A stretch of 64,000 nucleotides of DNA, taken from Yuukianura sp. NJ FZ-2021. Its lineage: Eukaryota. Position numbers and translations under genes: made by a program. Positions 28,001-40,963 of this stretch are shown here, in pieces. The stretch is taken from positions 15,190,001 to 15,254,000 of the forward strand of contig CM102286.1 of the NCBI GenBank assembly GCA_046563655.1. The letters run 5' to 3'. Numbering within the stretch: position 1 is the first letter of the stretch; every line of letters starts with the position of its first letter. The notes below the pieces were generated by a model, which saw only the letters and a program-made list of their open reading frames with translations, did no database searches and had not been told where the DNA came from.

Positions 28001-30879
28001 ATTTAAGAGAAAATGAGAACTGACGGCACAGGAGAAGATGAGACCGGCGAATATGAGATTGGCATTTCTCCAGCCAAGGTAAGACAACAACAGTCGAGCC
28101 ACGGGAGCCTAAAAACAAAACAAAATCACAATTAGGCTTCTCTTTTTTTTTTGAATGGTTTCAAGTAGTGGAACTTACAAAGACAAAAGTGCCCACTCCA
28201 GAGCCGCAGACGGCAATTCCAGTGGCCAGAGCTCTTCTGGACTCAAAGTAGTATCCAACACACACAACGGCGGGAAGGTAAATCAAACCAAACCCAATTC
28301 CTGAAACAAATCAAACAACTTCATTACACTTTCATTTTGGAATTGAAATTCTTCAATTGAGCGCTTTTTGAATTTTGGAAAACAGAGTATTTGGATGACA
28401 ATGTAGGACATAAAAGTGGCGCGTGTAGATTGTTTATGTTTTGAATTTGGAGTTGAGTAATGCGGATATTTGGAAATGATTGACACTGGAATCGCCCTTT
28501 GACCGACTCATGTCACTCTCATGGAAGTAGGATGGGAGTGACAGAGAGAAGTTGTTGTGGTCCACACCAGTCAAGATTGTTGGGACACGAGGACTGGTGT
28601 AATGTGACCTCTGACCTCTCTTCGGAACAAACAAGTCATTCAAAGGAAACGCTGATTAGAGCTGTGAATATCCAAGAGCTCCAAAGAGCCTGATTAACAC
28701 TTTCCTTCTCCACTTAAAATTAAACAAAGTGGGTTGCATATGAAAGTATGAATTATTTTGGATATTTTAGTACCTCCAATGACTCCGTATGTCAGCATGA
28801 GTACTTCCAGATTCGGTGAAAGTGTGGACAGACCAAACCCAAGGCTCGCAATCACAGCTCCACACATACACACGATCCGACATCCAAACTTGTTAGTTAA
28901 CGCACTCACGATCGGACCTACCAAACACAAATTCACAATTAAGTTTTAATTTCGTTTAATTTAAAGTTTAGTTAATTAGTGGATTAAATTGAGCGTTATT
29001 ACCGACACTGAGGTAAACTCCTGAGAGCAAACTGCCGACCCACGCTACTTTTCCGATTGTTTCCCCAAATTCCTTTGCAAAAGAGTCCAGGAACACTCCG
29101 AAGGTGTAGGCAATCCCATCCACGATTAAGTTGCACATGAAGGACGCAAAGACGATGACCCACCCCCATCCCCCGTCTGGGGGTGGTGGCACTCCGCCCT
29201 CCATCATCTCAAACATCATCACTTCCTGCTCATCCATGTACTCGGCAGGGTCTTCACTCACAGGCGACAACGCCCCACCTCTCCCCCCTCCTCCGTAGTC
29301 TTCATCGCCATAACGGGAAGAACTGTCGCCGTCATTCTGAAAACAAAAATAGAAAACGTTTAGTTCAGTCGTATAAACGATTTGAAACAAAATTGAAACG
29401 TTTAGTTCAGTTGTAGAAACGATTTTCTAAAAACAACTTTATAAACTTTTTAATTACTAAGCACATCAACACATTGTGTCTGACCTCTGATGCCATTTTT
29501 GGTATTCTGCTAAAAGACACAACGGAAGGGCAATGGACTTCCGCTCTCTAGCTTCACTCTAACTTTTTAAAAGTAAGTAAGTTGACTTTATCTGAGCGAC
29601 AATTACGTAATGAACACTCGTCAGTCACAAGATTCCACCAACAATTAAGATTTAAGAAGGTTATTGCACTTCACCCAACACAATTAACAAACTCACTTTA
29701 CTCAGCAGTTCTTAGACAAGTGCAGAGGGTGACCTCGGGAAATGGAGTGGATAGAAACGGGAGTTCAAAGTCTATTTTTAGAACAAACTCAAGTTGTCAA
29801 CGGGGATTTTAGACAGAGATTCGGAGTGATGCCAGGGAAAAGCAGAGATGAGAGGTCAGTTGTACCTCCAAAGAGAGGCACAATGTGCTAAAGTATAGAA
29901 ATTGATGTTTGATTAGCGTTGCGGTCGTGTTTTGACTAAACCTCACTCACTCACTGCTCAAATCCAACTGAGGGAACAAACCAAGTATTTATAACATGAC
30001 ACTGGAAATGAAGAAGCGATGGGTGCAGCGTCTTGTGTAAACCTGACCCTCTCTAAGCCAACAGAGCCCACTTACGAGTCAAGTGGACCATCCAAGGCAA
30101 AATCCACTTTTTAGTTTCCCAGATCAATTATTTACAAATTAGATCAATTAAGTGTGAGTGGGAACTGCAATTATATTACTACAGGAAAACAGGGTGAGAA
30201 AGTGGGAAAAATAGAAAAATGGTGCTCAACTTCCCACGTCCCTATCACATCATATCTTTTACATTTTGGAAATTATACACTTCAAGTAGTTGGCAAACAA
30301 AGAAAAGTGGAAACCATATGCATTTTTAATTTTAGTCCCTCTATCCTCTTCACAATGTCCAACTTATGCTGCTCAAGTGGACTCTTGTCAGTATTTTAAG
30401 TGAGACGGAGTGTCCCGAGTGGACAGTTGGCCTACAAATTGTGTCAATTTCCAAGTCTCAAGTGCTTTTCCAGAACTGCATCCATCGGGATCTTTGAAAT
30501 TCCTAAAAAGGATTTAGTCTCCACTTAAACTTTGCCTCTTCAAGTGGATTGTTTACTGTTCCGGTGTCTATTTGTGACAACTGTGTTAGTTTCATAGCCT
30601 CCAACACAAAGGTTGCCATGTTGAGTCACTTGTCTTTGTCATGTCTCATGCGTCATGTCATCATCTACATTTATATCCTACTGTTGTAATCATTGAGAAA
30701 AAGTAATAAAAATACTTTGGAAACCATGTCTAAATGAGGATGTTGATTGTTGCTAAACCCTAACTTTACTAAAGCGAATAAGTAAAGAAGGTACTTACAA
30801 AGAGAATGTCATCGTCCATGCTGTCAGTTCCAGTTGTGAAGATTGGCTTGGGATAATTTCTGTTGGGTGAAGCAGACAT
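25037..30879 (-). CDS. Monocarboxylate transporter (SLC16/MCT, MFS) with long central loop
   Basis: [76 protein letters not shown]. Candidate first coding exon 30879-30799 (MSASPNRNY...DDILF); an alternative in-phase first exon is possible near 29496-29458. Confidence 0.88.
25750..26175. mobile_element. ~425-bp MITE/Helentron-like insertion in an MCT intron
   Basis: Subterminal inverted repeats GCTGGGGCTTCGCC (25757-25770) and GGCGAAGCCCCAGC (26146-26159), terminal CATGCTG/CAGCATG, 3' T-run, internal degenerate ~44-bp repeats. Confidence 0.7.
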
Positions 30880-33561
30880 GGTGACTAGTAGGATCCGATA
30901 GTTACACGGACACTAGAGTGACACTGGATAGTTAAAACTGGTTTCAGGAGGACGCGAAGCACTTATTCCTGGTTGTCATGTAGCCGCCAGAGGACATTCT
31001 GGACACGACAAGGTCATGGTCTGTGACACTACGAGTATTCCACCTCCAGTACCAGTCACAGTTCATCACGCACTTCCAAAGTTCCGGTGTCCCCTTTCCT
31101 AAATAAAGGAATTGATCAATAGTTGAACTGTTCCCTAGGCAACACCGTACACCTTCCAAAATGGCTAACAGATACTCACTTTTGTTCCTTTTGGCAGTAG
31201 TCAGCAGGAGAGTGGAGTTGAGTTGAGAAAATACCCGGTTCCAGGAATCTCCAGGAAATGGATCAGCTGACCACTCCAGAAGGGACCGAGAACAGTTGAG
31301 AGTTGCTGGAGAACGGGAGAGCAGGATTCGGACGACTGGATGACTCACTCACTAAAACTCCCGTCCCGTTAGCGTTAACCTTCCTTTCCCCTTAAGCTTC
31401 GTAGTAATCGGAGGATCCGAGTCCCACCTTCTGCGGATGAATTCGGGTATTTCGGGAATGAATCAATAGTCTCCCATCCAGTCTTATTTAAAGTTACAAG
31501 GAAGACTCTCAGTTGACGTTGCGGAGCGGCGTCGGATGTAAGACTGACGTTGCGGAATTCGGAGTTTGAAGGAATAGTATAAGGATGATGTTTTGGTTGT
31601 TTGATCTGACTAGTGGCAATGCTGGAAGAGAACAAAAGACTCGAAGAGAAAGGAGTCAATGTAAACAAAACGATTGGATGTACATTACATAGGAATGGTT
31701 GTAATTAAGATGTTTAACTTACTTTGGTTTGTTGATGACTTTAGCAGGAGCAGGGTATGTTTAATGTGGAAGTAATGATGCTGACACTTACAAAATTTCA
31801 CTAATTGCGATTAAAATTAAGTCTTCCTTTTCAGCCTCCATTTTCCAGTGGTCCGGAATCGCCGGTTCAGTGCTTCTTTTGTTGTCTCTTCGTCACTAAA
31901 AGATTATCGGCAGAACGCAACTCAAAAGCAGTCTTTGCTCGGATGGTAAACTAAGCCACTTGGAAAGTCGCAACTTGCGATTTGTCATTCGCTGCTTATT
32001 AGCAAAAGATACATGTAAGTAGTAAGGGAACAGTCCAGTTAAACAACTATTCATGTTAATCTGGCTATTGTAAAAGTTTACACTACAAGATGTTGTCTTA
32101 AGCTAATAAAAATGTTCAGTTTATTTGCAGTTTTTGAATAATCTGGAATAAAATGCAAATTTGGTAGCGAAATATGAACACGTTGATGGTTTAATATCTG
32201 TGTTAAAAAGTTTGTTTAAGTGCAAGTATTAAGAATCTTTGGATGAGAGTATTGTATAACATACAGGGTTAATCTAACTTTAAGAAATCGGAGGTAGGGA
32301 GCACATCATATGATCGCAAATATGAGCTTGCGATGTATAAACTTTCGCAGGGCAAAATTTGTATGCAAAGGCAGAGACTGGCGGAACCATCTTCAGTTTT
32401 TGTAAACAACACAAAGAACATTTAAAAACATGGAGAATTCCCGCCTTGCTTTCCCATTAGCGTTGCTGTTCCTACTCGCCATTAACTCTTTTTATTGCAG
32501 TTTTATTCAGTTACTAACTTGTAGTAAGTGATAAATATTCACGATTAAGCTAAAAAACAAAGTTTTACAATTATGTGTTGCGTATTTGTCATTTCTTCAG
32601 TCGGTGTCTGTCAGTAAGTTAAGTGGGGGCAGATTGTGAAGATGACATAATAGTTTGTAGATCGTCAATTCCGTCGGGGTAGTCGGTGAAAAGTAATTGT
32701 CAAACGATTAAAGTGTCTCGTCAATTAGTTAAGTAAAGTCAAGCAGGATTAGTCAAGTTTAATCTTGAGAGGATTTTGTAGGGAAAAAGTTAGTGTGAAC
32801 GGGGAGACTTCGTAGGAGTTTGGCCAGTTTTCTCTTGAGTTTTGCGTTTGTCATCTACAAATCCAACTTCTCCATGCAATTCCTTTCAAAGTCAAAGTCC
32901 ACGCTTTCCAATTCAACTTTCTCTTCCATTCCTGGCTCCACCTTTCTTTTGATTTCACGCTGCTAATCACTAAAAATAAAAACAAATTGGATTGCCAATT
33001 AAGAATCTTTATAAATAAACGCTCTTACGCATTGCTTTTGCTGTTTTATTGCTAATTTGCTTCCTGAGTTCGAAACTGCTTTTGGCAAAATTTTTCTTCC
33101 ATTGCGGCAAAGAGCTAAGGAACTTGCCAAAATTGAAAAAGTGCAAAGAATGAACTGGTAGATTGGGAAGTTGGATGGTTTTATTGAGCATATAACGGTA
33201 AAACTGATCGCTGATTGTTCATGCGAATCTGAAGGAATGACAATGACACAATTCAATTGAAGCGTTGAAATCCATCACCAAAGAGCAGTAGACATTTGAT
33301 TTGTCATTTGGGAGGAATGTCAACGATCCACGGATGAACATGAATGTGGAACGTCTGAAATTGTCTACTCGTGCGAATCCAATGGATGTTCAAATAACGG
33401 TTTCTCTCTCTGATTTCTATAATGTGAAAATGGGGAAAGTTGAACAGAACAGGGAGACTCTATGAGACTTGTCTCCACTTTTTTTAATTAATTGGATATG
33501 ACAATTAAAAATAAGGTTTGTAACCTCCGCTGCTTTCCTCCTTCCCAGAAGAAACAAGAGA

Positions 33562-34694
33562 AAATGAGAAGAATTTGTTGAGCTTCCCTTTTATATGAAG
33601 ACGAAAGGAGTAGAACGAAGGAGTGTTTTACTCTTTTGGAGTTGGATGTTGGGGGAGGGAGTGGGTGGCAATAGAAAAAATGCATGCAGGGACCATCCCA
33701 ACTCCAAACCCCCAAAATTCAAACATTTTGAGTGAAAAAAACGGAGAAAGTTCCGCAGAGCAGGCAGAATCTGTTGGAGATGACCCTGTTTCAATTTAAC
33801 TAATTGACCTTTAACGATTAATTTGAAGCCTAAGTGGCGGTTGATCAGATTCAATTTTCCCCAACGTATTTCTTGTCACCTCACCAGAAGAAACACTCAC
33901 TTCAACATCAACTCCTTCTTTTCGCCTAAAAAACTGCATTTTCAAAACTGCAACCAAAAATACAAAGAAAGTAATGAAAACAATGTGGAGAAAGTGGAAT
34001 TAGAAAGATTTTGAACTTTGACTTTGATTAAATAACCGAACACACAAGGAGAACTTGTGTTTTTAGAGTGGACGAAACCAAAATTGAAAATAAAGTGGAG
34101 TCAACTCGCACAGAGTCTCCCTGTTCTCGGGAACTTTTTCCGTTTTCACACTCAAAAATTGAAGCGTTCCTTACGTAAATGATGTCGGAAAAGCTTGAAA
34201 AATGACTTTTTTTTTTACATAAAGTTGTTCCAACTGTCAAGAAACAACAACTTCAGCACTAATTGGCCCATTCAGCCCTATTTTCGGTTAAATAACACGA
34301 AAAACGCATTTTTTTTAACTTTCATAAGAAAAGGACAAAGGAAGTTTAGGAAAAGAAAGCAGAAAAAGTGAAATTGAAAAGGTTTTAGAACTTTTACTTA
34401 GATTTAAGAAGGGAAACTGCATTGAGAAGATGTGAGTTTAGTCTACAAAAACCAAAATAAAGTTGAAGTGGAGTGACCTCCAATAGATTCTGCCTGTTCT
34501 TTGCAACTTTCTCCGTTTTTTCACTCAAAATATTTGTTTTTTGGGGGTTTGGAGTTGGGATGGTCCCTGCATGCATTTTTTCCATTGCCACCCACTCCCT
34601 CCCCCAACATCCAACTCCAAAAGAGTAAAACACTCCTTCGTTCTACTCCTTTCGTCTTCATATAAAAGGGAAGCTCAACAAATTCTTCTCATTC
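33562..34694. repeat. ~230-bp inverted duplication (33562-33793 vs 34461-34694) with a third partial copy at ~34899-35060
   Basis: Arms are near-identical reverse complements (e.g. GCATGCAGGGACCATCCCAACTCCAAACCCCCAAA / TTTGGGGGTTTGGAGTTGGGATGGTCCCTGCATGC). Confidence 0.9.
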
Positions 34695-34695
34695 A
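34661..34695 (+). promoter_or_regulatory. TATA box + Initiator core promoter (mirror copy on - strand at 33595-33563)
   Basis: TATAAAA at 34661 and TCATT Inr with A at 34691 (30-nt spacing); identical geometry in the inverted copy. Confidence 0.5.
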
Positions 34696-35409
34696 CTTTG
34701 TGGTGTCGTTCGAGAGATGAAGGAAGAGGAGACACAGTTTCCTTATGTGAACAAACAAGATCTGTTTCTTCTTCACTTATTTTTAATTGCTATCTCCAAT
34801 TAACTCTTATTTTAGTTAAATAATCGATTGAATTATCAATCAAATGATTCAGGGATTAAATGCATCAAAATATTGTATTTTGAATTTGTGAAAAGAAGAT
34901 GTTGGGTGTTTGGAGTTGGGATGGTGCCTGCATGCATTTTTTCCATTGCCACCTCACTGTCTTCACCACCCCCAACTCCAAAAGAGTAAGATTCTGCCTC
35001 GTTCTACTCCTTGGAGAGTAGGATTGAGGTGATTTTGGTTTGCGTCTCCTTTTATATGAGACCAAGACGAGGGCCAACTAGATTCAAGTGCGGACCTCCG
35101 GTGTAACAAAAATCCTCCGCAACTTGGTTTTAGTGATTTTGTCTCAAGTTCCGAGTTCCATTGGAGGCTAATTCTCTGAAAACATGGGAAACTGCAGATT
35201 GTTATCTCAGCATTAGACATTGCTGTATTTGAACTTGAGACAAAAGTCCGCCAAATCCTTTCACAAATTCAAAAGCTAAAATCAAACAAATAAATAAGAA
35301 CGATTACAGATTAGGATTAGGGAACCTAACTTGGGATTAGGAACATCAATCAAGATCAAGAATAAAATATTTTGAGCAGGAGATAGTGAAAAATTGTTGT
35401 TTGTTTAGA

Positions 35410-37258
35410 ATGCATGAGAAGGATATGATGGACGTTGAAGAAGTTCGAAAGCAGGGGTTGGATTCTACAGTGGACACTCGAGACAGGGTCAAGGTTCGTG
35501 AAATGGTCCACAAACTAATCATCAGGTAACTAACTACGAAACGAACCATTTGATTCTCGAATCTCGAATACTTAAACTTGACTAATTTTGCTTTGAAGTC
35601 AGTTGTTTTACGATGGATACCAGCAAATTGCTTCGCAGTTGTTCATGATGGCTCATCCCGACATTCCATGTCCACCTTCAGACAGACTTGTTCATCTCAT
35701 CACACTTGGACTGGAAGAAGAACAGAAACGTAAGCATATCTCGACTACTTCCCTTCTAGTTGTTTCAGTATCACTAAATTCATCCAGTTTCTTAACTTAC
35801 AGGGCAAGGAGCAAAGTTGACGAGTATCTCTACCAAACTGGGTTGGATCGGTTGTGGGCTAGACTTGGAAAATCCTAGTGATGGTGTCGTGTCTGCACCA
35901 GAACCTGCCGAGTACGAAACGGTCTATGTGACAGCTCATAAAGCACCGTGTCGTGCTGGCGCGATCAACAATGACGGAACACTTGTTGCTACGGGCAGTG
36001 TGGATACGTCTATCAAGGCAGGCTATTTAATGCGTCGGAGTTAATTGCGTATTTGTATTTGTGCTAAATGGACTTGTGTTTTTAGATTTTGAGTGTGGAG
36101 CGAATGTTGGCCAAATCCTCTGACTTGGAAACCACCGAGCCTCAAGGACATCCCGTCATTCGAACTCTCTATGATCACGCAGAAGAGGTCACTGCCATTG
36201 CCTTCCATCCGCGGGATCAAATACTTATTTCTGGAAGTAGAGACCTCACCGTTAGACTTTATGATTACAGCCGGGCATCCGTTAAAAAAGCATTCCGAGT
36301 TATGAACGTAAGTTTATGTTGACTTTTGATTAATATTAAATAGAATGGCATAGCTTAAAGTTTGATTTACTTTGCCAGGAATCGGAACCCGTTTTGAGTT
36401 TATCTGTTCATCCCACCGGAGACTACCTTCTTGTAGGAACTTGTCAACCTTCCATTCGAGTTTACGACATCAGTACTTCTCAGTGTTTCGTTTCAGCTGA
36501 CGTTGGTGGAAGTCACCGGGGAGAGATCACAGCTCTAGCGTAAGATCACCTCGATTAATTTCATTAAAATTAACTTATATGCTTCCACTCTTCTTTATTA
36601 ATATTTATTGAAATTCCTTTCAGCTGGTCGAATGACGGCAGAATGTACGTTTCTGCTTCTACTGATGGAAGCATCAAAATCTGGGACGGAACATCGAATC
36701 GCTGCATCAACACATGTCATGCTGCTCATGACGGAACTGAAGTCGGTTCGGTTGCTTTCACTCGCAGTAACAAGGTAAGTGAACCATGATATCCATGATC
36801 CAGATTCTATATTTTAAAATGGAAGTAACCTTTGATGGATTCTTTGTTTTTGCAGTACATTTTGTCATCTGGAAAGGATTCGTTGGTGAAGTTGTGGGAG
36901 CTTTCGACGAATCGTAGTTTGATCGCTTACACTGGAGCTGGTGCGACGGGGAAGCAGGAGTTTACGACACAGGCAGTGTTCAACCACACAGAGGAGTTTG
37001 TCATGTACCCAGACGAGGCCACCATCTCACTTTGCTGCTGGGAATCTCGTACTGCGCAACGCAGAAACCTTCTCTCTCTTGGTAAGTTGTTTACACTTTC
37101 AAATTCTAATTGATCGATCGTAATTCCTAATTTCTGGTTTTGCAGGACACAATGGTCCCATTCGGAGAATCATCCACTCTCCAGTCAGTGCTGGCTTCCT
37201 CACTTGTTCAGATGACTTCAGAGCTCGTTTCTGGTACCGGAGGATGTCACCCATATGA
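35410..37258 (+). CDS. CSTF1: Cleavage stimulation factor 50 kDa subunit (WD40)
   Basis: [92 protein letters not shown]. Confidence 0.95.
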
Positions 37259-37541
37259 AGGAAGACTTTAGTCATTTATATTTGTTATTTTTATTTCATT
37301 CATATTTCATAGTTCTAAAGACCAATCAAGTACTTGGAACATGTCAGAATTTTATTTCATTTAAGCCTTCTTGGAAACCGAATAAAGTTTATAAGCTCTT
37401 TCTATCGATCGGGGTGTCTGCTTTTGCATTTTATTTAGCTTTCACAACGTGCTTAAGCATTCACATCAAAATTCAAACATGGATTTCCTGAACTAAAGAA
37501 TATTCGTACAATTAATCGTTCGAGATGGTTGGATTGTAGTT

Positions 37542-37897
37542 TTATCGTTCGAAGGCGAAAGCAGAGGAACAGTATGTCGATGCGAGTTCGCAGAGTGCTG
37601 CAGCGGAAGTGCCTGAGATCCTACCGATTGACCCAGAAGCAGCAGAGGTCACATAACCCCCCACCCCAGAATCCATCCCAACGCCACCTAAGGAAAAGAG
37701 ACCGGCATAACAACCGCCATAGCTTACTTCTAAATAAAAAAAAAAGCACAGCTTTTACCGAAATTCCGCTTTCCGAAGATGCTTCCGTTGAATGGTGGTT
37801 TCCTATTGGCTGCTCCTTCCAAGCATTCTGATACAAATACCCCCATCACAAGAATTGCAAAGATTCCAAGGAAGAAGTTGGCACGGAGGGAAGCCAT
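37542..37897 (-). CDS. SIFa: SIFamide neuropeptide precursor
   Basis: Signal peptide MASLRANFFLGIFAILVMGVFVSECLEG, then (A)ANRKPPFNGSIF-GKR amidation/cleavage site; exon 2 ends ALCELASTYCSSAFAFER (two-Cys companion peptide). Confidence 0.93.
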
Positions 37898-38727
37898 GAT
37901 GCTTTCTGGTTCTGGTTTCCAAGTTATTTTGAACGTGAATGTAAACGTTAAAGATGCTCTGGAACAAGTGATCCACTGAACAGGAAAGGACGGTGCTTTT
38001 ATAAGTCCGAAACAACAAGGTTGGCATAATAAATTGAACAGAAATTGAAGCAAATTGATTTTAGAAATGATTATTTTAGAAATCCTAAAAACCAGCTTCC
38101 AATTTCGTTTTGTATCAAGGAATAGTGTGGACAGTTCATTCTGTGTTGACGAAAATCAAATCCCAATTGGTAAAAGTTCATCACGATAACTTTGATTGAA
38201 AAGTAATTCAATTGTTGGAAGTTCTAGACATTCATAATTTAATCAAAAATTCATCTGGTCACCACAAACTGGGTGAATTTTTATCCATATGCCAGAGTGA
38301 ATGGGAAGAATTCGGTGAGGTTTCCTTTTATATGACAACGGAAGAAATTACCGGTAACTCTTTTTTGCGTTTTGCTGTTCTGCCGGAGGTCCGCACTCGT
38401 GAACTTAGCTGTCGTTTCTTTTGTTCACTCGAGACGTCCGCACTCCGAAACTACCCCCGACCCTTTTTTCTGTTTTTGCAAAAATGTGAATTTTCCTTTT
38501 CTATGGAAACGGAAGGAGTAACTGGTAACTCTTTTGAGGAGTAAGATCATGCAGAATCCTACTCTTTTGGAGTTAAAATAGGAGACGCCCCCTTCCAGGA
38601 CCAAGACGAAAGTGAATGAGAACAATTTGCGGTTTTTATTTATATGCAAATAAAAGGAGTAACGGGTAACTCTTTTTTGTGTTTTGCTGTGCCGCCGGAG
38701 GTCCGCACTTTTGAACTACACCTGGCG

Positions 38728-39560
38728 CTTTTTTCCTGAGGTGACAACAAACACGAATTAGTTGGTTGCCCTTAGCAACCTACTATGAGGTAAACCTCAG
38801 GAATGGAATTTGAACGTCGACTTTTCCGGTTTTTAATTAATAACTCAGGCAATTTAATTAATAAAAATCTGAAAATTTGGATCTGACATATTTCGAGGGT
38901 TCTGAATCGATTGGTGAAGTGTCCAATGACAAAATTCCATCGCAACAGGGTTTTACGGCCCGTTGCTAAGGGAAATACGGCTCGACCCAACTAGAGACCA
39001 AAAAAATATGACGCAGCAACTCATTTCCTGTAGGATTGACATAATTAGTTAAGCAAATTCGGATAAGTATTTTGGGAAATTGCATTTCAAAATTTTGATT
39101 TTAATTTTTTCGATCCAATACTTTCAAAATTCACTATGACAACTAGGCATTCTACAGTAACAATTCCAACAATTCTGAGTAACAAATTGCCTTTTTCCTG
39201 AGGTGACAAAAAACACGAATTAGTTGGTTGCCCTTATCAACCTACTATGAGGTAAACATCAGGAATGGAATTTGAACGTCGACTTTTCCTGTTTTTAATT
39301 AATAATTCAGGCAATATAATTATTAAAAAGCTGAAAATTTGAATCTGACATATTTCGAGGGTTCTGAATCGATTAGTGAGGTTTCCAATGACAACATTTC
39401 ATAGCAACAGTGTTTTATGGCTCGTTGCTAACAGAACTAAGGCTTGCCCCAAGTAGAGACCACGAAAATATGAATCAGCAGCAAATTTCCTATAGAATTG
39501 CATAATTGATATACCCAAAGCTTTTCTTCAAGAGCCGAAATTTTGATTTGAAGATTTGAG
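38728..39560. repeat. Diverged tandem duplication of a ~460-bp non-coding unit
   Basis: TTTTTCCTGAGGTGACAA.AAACACGAATTAGTTGGTTGCCCTTA starts at ~38729 and again at ~39193; similarity continues for >300 bp. Confidence 0.85.
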
Positions 39561-39752
39561 AAAATTCAAAATAATTTAAAATTCACTTTGACAACGATCT
39601 TTTTTCGATAAGCAATCTTAACAAATGTGAGCAACAACTTCCCACTCAATACGCTGTCAGGAGTTTGCCAAGTTAAGTTGTCTCACTGAATACGAATTGA
39701 GGCTAACATCGCAAGTCAAACTTCATATGAAGATCTATAGCCCAATTTATAC

Positions 39753-39821
39753 TTTTTAGTCTTCTGGAGACGCATGTCTACGACATGCTGAAGAAGACTA
39801 TTGATACGACTTTGTCCGTCC

Positions 39822-39860
<39 letters not shown>

Positions 39861-39862
39861 AC
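39753..39862 (+). mobile_element. 5' end of a Helentron-associated (DINE-1/HINE-like) element
   Basis: T-run, then AGTCTTCT...GCATGTC-TAC-GACATGC...AGAAGACT nested inverted repeat, followed by a (GTCY)n microsatellite at 39814-39860, which is the DINE-1/HINE layout. The 3' end was not located. Confidence 0.55.
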
Positions 39863-40963
39863 GTTTTTTAGGACTCATTGCACTGAAACATTAGCCCCAT
39901 CGCAGTCGGGGGGTTATGTATGGCTCAAGAGTTTTCAGTAGGTCTCCATTGCACTCAAAGTGTTAAATTAACAACGTAAAAGTTGGCGGCTACTTTACGT
40001 ACCCACAGTATCGTGGCTCCGCAAAACAGTTTTGGTCTCGATTGTACTCAAAATATATTTAGACAACGAAGTTTTGATCTGGTCATTTTCTGACAGTTAG
40101 TTTAATTACGTTGTTAAATTAAGCCTAGTTAGAGGGTAGAAATTACAGCTTGAATTCGTAATACGTAAACGGTGCTTGGCAGGGTTCTAATTTGCCTTCG
40201 TGAGAAATTTTAATAATTTTGAATTTAAACAAGCGATATTCGGCTGAATAGCTTAGGCACTTTAATTTAACACAATGTGCATTTTCATTAACCGATTTCG
40301 ATTTAAAAGAAGATATATTCGACCCATCCTCCTCAGCGTTCAATTTTGTGCATCATGCACAAAGCTCAACTTCGATGTCATTATTTTAATGCCGTTTGGT
40401 GTACTCTCTTTTCGCTAATAGTACATTGCCATGGCAACAGCGATTTTGCGGAATTGTGCATCTTACTCAGCAAATTAAGAGCATCAATCAAGAACCATAT
40501 TCGACTACTTCTCTTAAACGTTCAATTTTGTGCATTAAATATTTTGGGGCTCAAAACTGGAACATGATTTTAGTGCATTTAAATGGTAGATTTGCCAACC
40601 CAGTTCTGGTGCAACGCATGCACAAACTAAGACCTCACATCCGCGCTGAAAATTTTGAGCGTCGTTTTAGTACATTCGCTAATGTTAGGTAACCTTGAAA
40701 ACGGTTTCTCAGCTCTTCTACAGTTTTGAGGCAGGCCGGTTTAAGTCGCATCAATTATGCGGCTGGGACGTAGAAGGGCGACTTTCGTGTTTACTACAAT
40801 ATTTTCCTGTCTCCTTGGCGATTTTTAAGAAAATTCATCACGTTAAGGCTGGTTCACACTTTGCCATTTATGTACTCTGATTTTCCGTCGCCGAGGTTTG
40901 TTTGATGTTTTTTTCTTCAATGTGTGTACTGAATTTTAACGCGCATTCTTTACGAAATCTTAG

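Noticed and set aside
30944..31668. 134-aa and 97-aa ORFs upstream of MCT
   Set aside because: No recognisable motifs, non-ATG starts and internal splice signals; more likely 5' UTR exons/introns of the transporter.
33488..35077. Short ORFs with shared peptides (MEKMHAG, WQWKKCMQ)
   Set aside because: Arise from the non-coding inverted duplication; frames are not preserved between copies.
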